From assembly GCA_963771275.1 (NCBI GenBank), contig CAVYSW010000003.1, positions 1,376,001-1,440,000 on the forward strand: a stretch of DNA of 64,000 nucleotides. The letters run 5' to 3'. Both the position numbers and the translations under genes were made by a program. Positions 58,591-64,000 of this stretch are shown here, one piece after another; positions within the stretch are counted from its first letter, which is position 1; each line of letters starts with the position of its first letter. The stretch comes from an uncultured Gemmatimonadales bacterium (GTDB taxonomy: Bacteria; Gemmatimonadota; Gemmatimonadetes; Gemmatimonadales; GWC2-71-9). The notes beneath the pieces are model-generated. The model made no database searches and was not told where the DNA came from. It was given only the letters and a program-made list of their open reading frames with translations.

Positions 58591-61500
58591 CGCCGACCCC
58601 GCGCGGCCGGGGCGTCCGCGGTGCGTGCGAGCAGCGCCACGAAGTCGCCGAGATTGAAAGTGCCGTCCCGGTTCCCGACGAGATCGAGGTAGCGACGGCC
58701 GGTGTCGTCGAGGCATGGGGTCCCCAGCAGCTCCTGCGCGGCACACGCCGCCGTGATGGCGGGTGCGGTGACCAGGAACGCGATGCCGACCCGGGGCGTG
58801 TCGCCGCGCGAGGTCCGCACCACGATCGTGTCCGCGTAGCTGCCGGGCTGGAGGTCGCTCGGATCGAGGGACCAGCGCACCGTGCCGCTCCCGGTCCCGC
58901 TTGCCGTGGCGAGGGTGATCCACGGTGCGCCGCGGGCGACGGTGACGGTCCAGCTCGTGGTGTCGGCCCCCGTCCCCACGATGGAGAGCGCCGCTGAATC
59001 GGCGATCTGGGCCACGCTCCCCGCGGTCGCGCTGTCGCTCCGGTTGCCCGGCGCGAGCGTGACCGTGACAGTCGTGGGGGGCGACTGCACGATCAGCGTG
59101 TCGCGTACGCTCCACGGGCTGTCGATCGCGCCCGGAACCGCCACCCGGATCGTGTCGACGTAGGTGCCGGGGGCGAGGCCCGTGGGGTTGCGGGTCCAGC
59201 GCAGCCGGGTGGTGCCGGTCCCGCTGCTCGTCGTCAACGCGATCCAGCTCGCCGCGCCGTGCGTGGCGCTCCACCCTGTGGTGCTGGCGTTGGTGCCGCT
59301 CAGGATCACCATGGCGGAGTCGGCGTGGAGGCCCGTGTCTCCGGTCGACGCCGAGTCCCGTCGCGCACCTGGCGACACGGCCAGGGTGAGCGGCCGCACG
59401 AGGTCGAGCGCGAACATGCCGCGGCCGTGCGTCCCGGCGAGCAGCACCCCCGTGTTGGCGTTGTACGCCAAGTCGTAGACCGCCACGTTGGGAAGCCCGT
59501 CCGTGAGCGGCGTCCAGGTGCCGCCGCTGTCGCCCGACGCGAACACGCCGAGGTCGGTTCCCACCAGCACCACCGCCCGCGAGGTCGGATCCGGCACGAC
59601 GGCGTTCACTGGGGCGTCGGGAAGGTTACCCGAGCGGTTCTGGAAGGTCACCCCGCCGTCGGTGGTGCGGAACACGTGCGCGGTGAGGAACCCCGACACG
59701 GTGACCCAGGCGGTCTGGGGGTCACGCGGGTCCACCGCGATGTCCTGGACGTAACGGGAGCTGGCCATCGGCAGGGTACGCTGACTCCAGTCCTGGCCGC
59801 CGTTCGCCGTGCTCCAGACCCGGCCGTCGCTCGTCCCCACGTAGAGGACCGCCGGATTAGCTGCCGCGGGGGCGATGGCGGAAATCGATCCCCCGCCCGT
59901 GAGATCGCCGCTGATCGGCGTCCACGTGTCCGCGCGATCGGTGGTGCGGTACACCCGGTACGTGCCGAAGTACAGCGTTCGGGAGTCCGCCGGGTCCATG
60001 ACGAGGGGCGGAATGAACTGCGCGCGGTCCGCGCTGTTGATCCCGTTCAGCTTGAGGAAGTAGCCGACGCCGTCGGACCGACGCGGTCCCGAATAGCCGC
60101 TGTTCGCCTGCCACTGCGTCTCGGCGTATCGCGTCGCCGGGTTTTGTGCGTCGATCGCCGTGTAGCCGCCGTCTCCGCCCAGCACTGCCGACCACACGGG
60201 GTCGAAGGCCCACGCCACCGTGCCGTTGTCCTGGGTGCCGCCCATGGCCTGGCTGGGATCGAACGGATGGAGCGAGATGCCCTCGTAGAACTGCGTGAGC
60301 ACCAGGTTGGTGTTGAGGCTGGTCCACGAGGAGCCGCCGTTGGTGGAGCGGAACACCCCGCCGTCGTTCCCGACGTACACCGTGAGCGGGTCCACCGGGT
60401 CGAACGCGATGTGGTGCTGGTCCACGTGGATCCCGCTGAGGATGTTCGCGAACGACGCGCCGCCGTCGGTCGACTTGTAGAGACTCACCCCTCCGAAGTA
60501 GACGGTGTTCGCGTCGTCGGCGGGGACGGCGATGATCTGGTCGTACCAGCACTGGGTGCCGCACGAGGCGCCCGTCGCCGCGAGTTTCGACCACGACGCG
60601 GCGGCGTCCACGGTGCGCCAGATCCCCGCGAGATCGCCGCCGCTGGCATTCTCGACACTGGCGTAGACCGTCGTGGGAACGGACGGCGCGATCGCGAGAT
60701 TGATCCGCCTGATCGAGGTCGAGAACCCGTTGTTGGCGGCCAACCAGGACGCGCCGCCGTCCACGCTCTTGTAGATCCCCACGCCCCGGACGGCGGCGTA
60801 CAGCGTGTCCGGACCCGTCGGGTGCATCACGAGGTCCGTTGCGGTCCCGCTCAGCACCTGCGTGAACGACGCCCCGCCGTTCTGGGAGCGATACAGCCCG
60901 AAATCGCTCGCCACGAGGAGCTGGGTGGTGGCAACCGTCCCCGCCGTGCGGGGGTCGATCACGAGGCGCGAGATCTTGGCCCCGCCGGATGCCGTCTGGA
61001 AGATCGCGCCGCCGAGCTGCGTCCAGCTGGTCCCGCCGTCGGTCGACCGCAGCACGCCGCATCCGTAGTAGCTGTCGCCCGAGAAGTGCTGCTCGCCGGT
61101 TCCCGCATAGACGATCTGCGGGTTCACCGGGTCGATCGCCAGCGCGCCCATCGCGAGGGAGCACTCGCGGTCGGTGAGCGGCGTCCAGCTCGCGCCGCCG
61201 TTCGTGGTCTTCCAGACGCCGCCCTGGGCGCCGCCGATGTAGATCGTGTTGCGATCGGTCGGGTGAACGGCGATGGCGGTGAGTCGGCCGATCGACCCCT
61301 GGCTGATCGGGATCCCCTCGGGCCCGATCGACCGCCACTGTGTGCCGGAGATGGGAGGCGGCGCGGCCTGGAGGAAGGCCCGCATCGACGCCGCCTGGAG
61401 CTGGGCCCGCGCGAGCGCGCCGGCCGGAATCCGCGCGAAGGGAAACGCCCGTTTCTGGTAGAAGAATTCCCACCGGAGCCGGGGGGAATCCCCGACCTCG

Positions 61501-61592
61501 CGCTCCTGCGCCCGCCCGGTGCTGGGGAGGGACGCCAGGAGCAGGGCTCCGAAGCCGACCGCCGAGGCGGCGCGGATCGATCGGGCGATCAC
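58587..61592 (-). CDS. Secreted BNR/Asp-box beta-propeller protein with two BACON-like domains and a dockerin-like tail
   Basis: Likely GTG start 61592 with signal peptide; more than 10 SxDGGxSW repeats; two W-I-x-L...SGTG...L-x-PG-x-Y-x-DTI domains; C-terminal LDLVGNRDGTFNLGDFVALL. Confidence 0.88.
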   Translation of the reverse strand: MIARSIRAASAVGFGALLLASLPSTGRAQEREVGDSPRLRWEFFYQKRAFPFARIPAGALARAQLQAASMRAFLQAAPPPISGTQWRSIGPEGIPISQGSIGRLTAIAVHPTDRNTIYIGGAQGGVWKTTNGGASWTPLTDRECSLAMGALAIDPVNPQIVYAGTGEQHFSGDSYYGCGVLRSTDGGTSWTQLGGAIFQTASGGAKISRLVIDPRTAGTVATTQLLVASDFGLYRSQNGGASFTQVLSGTATDLVMHPTGPDTLYAAVRGVGIYKSVDGGASWLAANNGFSTSIRRINLAIAPSVPTTVYASVENASGGDLAGIWRTVDAAASWSKLAATGASCGTQCWYDQIIAVPADDANTVYFGGVSLYKSTDGGASFANILSGIHVDQHHIAFDPVDPLTVYVGNDGGVFRSTNGGSSWTSLNTNLVLTQFYEGISLHPFDPSQAMGGTQDNGTVAWAFDPVWSAVLGGDGGYTAIDAQNPATRYAETQWQANSGYSGPRRSDGVGYFLKLNGINSADRAQFIPPLVMDPADSRTLYFGTYRVYRTTDRADTWTPISGDLTGGGSISAIAPAAANPAVLYVGTSDGRVWSTANGGQDWSQRTLPMASSRYVQDIAVDPRDPQTAWVTVSGFLTAHVFRTTDGGVTFQNRSGNLPDAPVNAVVPDPTSRAVVLVGTDLGVFASGDSGGTWTPLTDGLPNVAVYDLAYNANTGVLLAGTHGRGMFALDLVRPLTLAVSPGARRDSASTGDTGLHADSAMVILSGTNASTTGWSATHGAASWIALTTSSGTGTTRLRWTRNPTGLAPGTYVDTIRVAVPGAIDSPWSVRDTLIVQSPPTTVTVTLAPGNRSDSATAGSVAQIADSAALSIVGTGADTTSWTVTVARGAPWITLATASGTGSGTVRWSLDPSDLQPGSYADTIVVRTSRGDTPRVGIAFLVTAPAITAACAAQELLGTPCLDDTGRRYLDLVGNRDGTFNLGDFVALLARTADAPAARGRR

Positions 61593-61738
61593 CGCCTGAT
61601 ATGTGCAGCGCGCCGGGGGCTGCGCGCAAGAGGGCGCCGCGGGTCGACGATGGTCGCGACCCGCCAACGACGTGCCGCCCCACTGCGTATGATCGGCAGC
61701 CGCTATCCGCCTCACTCCGTCACTCCGGAGATTTCCCC

Positions 61739-64000
61739 ATGCGTCATTCGTTGGCTCGTCTTCTCACCCTGGCCCTCGTGCTGGCCGCCGCGGCTGCCGG
61801 CGGGATCCAGGCGCAGGCCCGGCCCGACCGCCCGCCGCGCGATACCGCGCAGCAGGCTGGACCACAGGCGCCGAAAGTCCTGACCCTTGCCGACTACGGT
61901 CCGTGGAATCGCATCACCAGCGCCGCGATCTCGTCGGACGGGGCGTGGATGGTCTACGGGCTCCAGCCGAACGACGGGGACCTGACGCTGCATGTGAAGC
62001 AGCTCACCGGCGACAAGAGCTACACGATCCCTGCCGGCTCGGCCCCCACGGCTGCCGGCGGTGGGGCCGGGCGGTTCGGTGGCGCGGGCGGGGGCGGCGG
62101 TCCCGCGTTCTCCGGCGACGCCCGGTGGGTGGTGTACTACGTCAACCCGCCGTCGCGCGACTCGGCGCGGCGTGGAGGCCGCGGGGGTGCTGGCGTGCCG
62201 GGCGGCCCGGGTGCTCAGCGTCCCGGCTTTCCGGGAGCCGCCGCCGCCGCCGCCCGGCCGCAGCGTAAGCTTGAGCTCCTGAACCTCGCCTCGGGCGACA
62301 AGTTCGACGTCACCAACGCGGCGAGCTTCGCGTTCTCCGGTGATTCCAAGTGGCTCGCCATCAAGCTCAACCGCGCGCAGGGAGACACCTCGCACAGCGG
62401 TAGCGACCTGGTGCTGCGCGAGCTCGCGACCGGGGCCACGCGCAACGTCGGTAACGTGAACCTCTACGCGTTCGACGACGCGGGGCGGCTGCTTGCCTAC
62501 ACGGTGGACGCGGCCGAGCGGCTCGGCAACGGGATCTACGTGCTCGATCTCGCGACCGGCACCACTCGGGCGCTCAACACCGCCACGCGCGATTTCGACC
62601 AGATGACCTGGAGCGACTCGGGCACCAATCTGGTCGTGCTGTCGGGCGACAAGCAGAAGGAGAACGTGCAGAAGGACAACCTGCTCTACGCCTGGACCGA
62701 CCTCGGCACCGCGCGCGAGAAGGCGGTCGCGTACGATCCGACCAAAGACGCGGCGTTCCCCAAGGGGATGGTGCTGAGCGAGTTCGCGGCCCCGCGCTGG
62801 AGCAAGGACGGGACACGGCTGTTCATCGGGATCAAGGAGCAGGAAGCCGCGCCGGCCGAAAGCAGCGAGCCCAAGGCCAACGTCGACGTGTGGCACTGGA
62901 AGGACACGGAGGCGCAGTCGGTGCAGATGGTGCGGATCCAGCAGCTCCGCCGCGCCACGCTCCCGGCGGTGCTCCACCTCGCGACGCAGAAGTTCGTGCA
63001 GCTGGGCGACGACGACATGCGCACCGTGCAGCCCACCGCCAACGGCAAGTGGGCCATCGGGCGGTTCGACGCGCCGTATCGCGGCGAGGTCGCCTGGGGC
63101 GGGAGCCGCGCAGACTACTACAGGGTGAACGTGGCGACCGGTGAGCGCACGCTGATCGTGAAGAGCCTGAGCCGCACCATGGGCACCTCGCCCGACAGCC
63201 GCTGGTTCCTCTACCTCGAGAACGGGCACGTGTTCGCGTACGACCTCGAGACGGCCAAGATCGTCCCGGTGGACGCGAGCGCCGGCGTGAGCTTCGTGGA
63301 CGCCGACGACGACCACCCCTACGAGCGGCCCGTCTACGGTGTCGCGGGCTGGAGCAAGGACGGCAAGTCGGTGCTGCTGTATCACAAGTACGACGTGTGG
63401 CAGCTCCCCCTGGACGGCGGCAAGCCGGTGAACCTCACGCGCGGCGTGGGCGACAAGGAGGAGATCCAGTTCCGCGTCGTCCGGCTCGATCAGACCGGGC
63501 CGCGCCGGGGTGGTGGCGGTCGCGGCGCGTTCGGCCCGGGTGGCGGCGGCGACGACGAGGGCCTCGATCTCACCAAGCCGGTGCTGCTGTCGGCCTATGG
63601 CCAGTGGACCAAGAAATCCGGCTACTGGCGGCTCCCGCCCGGGAAGCCCCCGGTGGCGCTGATCTGGGCCGACAAGGCCATCGGCGACGCCGACAAGGCC
63701 GACAAGGCCGACCAGGTGATGTTCACCCAGCAGACGTTCACCGAGTTCCCGGACTACTGGGTGAGCAACGCCTCGTTCGAGGCGCCGCGCCAGGTGACCG
63801 ACGCCAACCCGCAGATCAAGGACTTCGCGTGGTCGAGCGGCAAGGTCCTGATCGACTACACCAACAGCAAGGGCCAGCGGCTCCAGGGGACGCTCACGCT
63901 GCCGGCCAACTACGAGCAGGGGAAGAAGTACCCCATGCTCGTGTACTTCTACGAGATCATGTCGAACACGCATCACCGGTTCTCGATGCCGGTGTACGAC
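61739..64000 (+). CDS. S9 family peptidase (3' truncated by window)
   Basis: Not in ORF track; open from ATG 61739 (MRHSLARLL, signal peptide) to window end; propeller repeats, VDVWHWKD, LQGTLTLPANYEQGKKYPMLVYFYE. Confidence 0.88.
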   Translation, partial: MRHSLARLLTLALVLAAAAAGGIQAQARPDRPPRDTAQQAGPQAPKVLTLADYGPWNRITSAAISSDGAWMVYGLQPNDGDLTLHVKQLTGDKSYTIPAGSAPTAAGGGAGRFGGAGGGGGPAFSGDARWVVYYVNPPSRDSARRGGRGGAGVPGGPGAQRPGFPGAAAAAARPQRKLELLNLASGDKFDVTNAASFAFSGDSKWLAIKLNRAQGDTSHSGSDLVLRELATGATRNVGNVNLYAFDDAGRLLAYTVDAAERLGNGIYVLDLATGTTRALNTATRDFDQMTWSDSGTNLVVLSGDKQKENVQKDNLLYAWTDLGTAREKAVAYDPTKDAAFPKGMVLSEFAAPRWSKDGTRLFIGIKEQEAAPAESSEPKANVDVWHWKDTEAQSVQMVRIQQLRRATLPAVLHLATQKFVQLGDDDMRTVQPTANGKWAIGRFDAPYRGEVAWGGSRADYYRVNVATGERTLIVKSLSRTMGTSPDSRWFLYLENGHVFAYDLETAKIVPVDASAGVSFVDADDDHPYERPVYGVAGWSKDGKSVLLYHKYDVWQLPLDGGKPVNLTRGVGDKEEIQFRVVRLDQTGPRRGGGGRGAFGPGGGGDDEGLDLTKPVLLSAYGQWTKKSGYWRLPPGKPPVALIWADKAIGDADKADKADQVMFTQQTFTEFPDYWVSNASFEAPRQVTDANPQIKDFAWSSGKVLIDYTNSKGQRLQGTLTLPANYEQGKKYPMLVYFYEIMSNTHHRFSMPVYD

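Noticed and set aside
58591..59274. Upstream extension of ORF 58219-59274
   Set aside because: Alternative frame of the propeller gene; the signal peptide begins at 58590.
61712..63976. 754-aa minus-strand ORF
   Set aside because: Shadow of the plus-strand S9 peptidase that runs off the window.
1..64000. tRNA, rRNA, CRISPR, integrase/transposase and selenocysteine read-through
   Set aside because: None recognisable by eye; tRNAscan, Infernal and ISfinder runs would be needed to exclude them.

Overview
High-GC bacterial DNA. The kinase-TPR gene, the clusters of S9/M14/M28 peptidases and the Gly-rich inserts suggest Gemmatimonadota, but this is inference only. The first ~28 kb is a compact dissimilatory sulfur-respiration region. 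On the minus strand it runs rex-aprBA-hyp-ykgJ-qmoABC-sat-osmC-dsrC-dsrT-dsrM-dsrK (dsrK cut by the window edge), with sigma70 promoters and Rex-type operators. Next come hemB, an OrpR-like PAS/sigma54 activator with candidate enhancer sites, IHF-like site and -24/-12 promoter, and a rearranged Hmc-like operon (nifX-like, hmcF, hmcE, hmcB, and an NrfD protein fused to a six-heme cytochrome c domain). A histidine kinase, two receiver proteins, a tandem pair of paralogous secreted proteins and hemC/hemL close the region. The rest (28-64 kb) holds RND and EmrAB-TolC efflux genes, five exported peptidases, a Ser/Thr kinase-TPR protein and an NPP1/Vps62-like lipoprotein. It also holds an alkaline-phosphatase-family gene bracketed by a perfect 53-bp direct repeat of the tolC 3' end, and a beta-propeller/BACON protein with a dockerin-like tail coupled to a small, possibly cohesin-like lipoprotein. 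A structured element with covarying stems occurs twice. Two genes (the nrfD fusion and hemL) carry frameshifts that are probably sequencing errors. No rRNA, tRNA, CRISPR array or transposase was seen.
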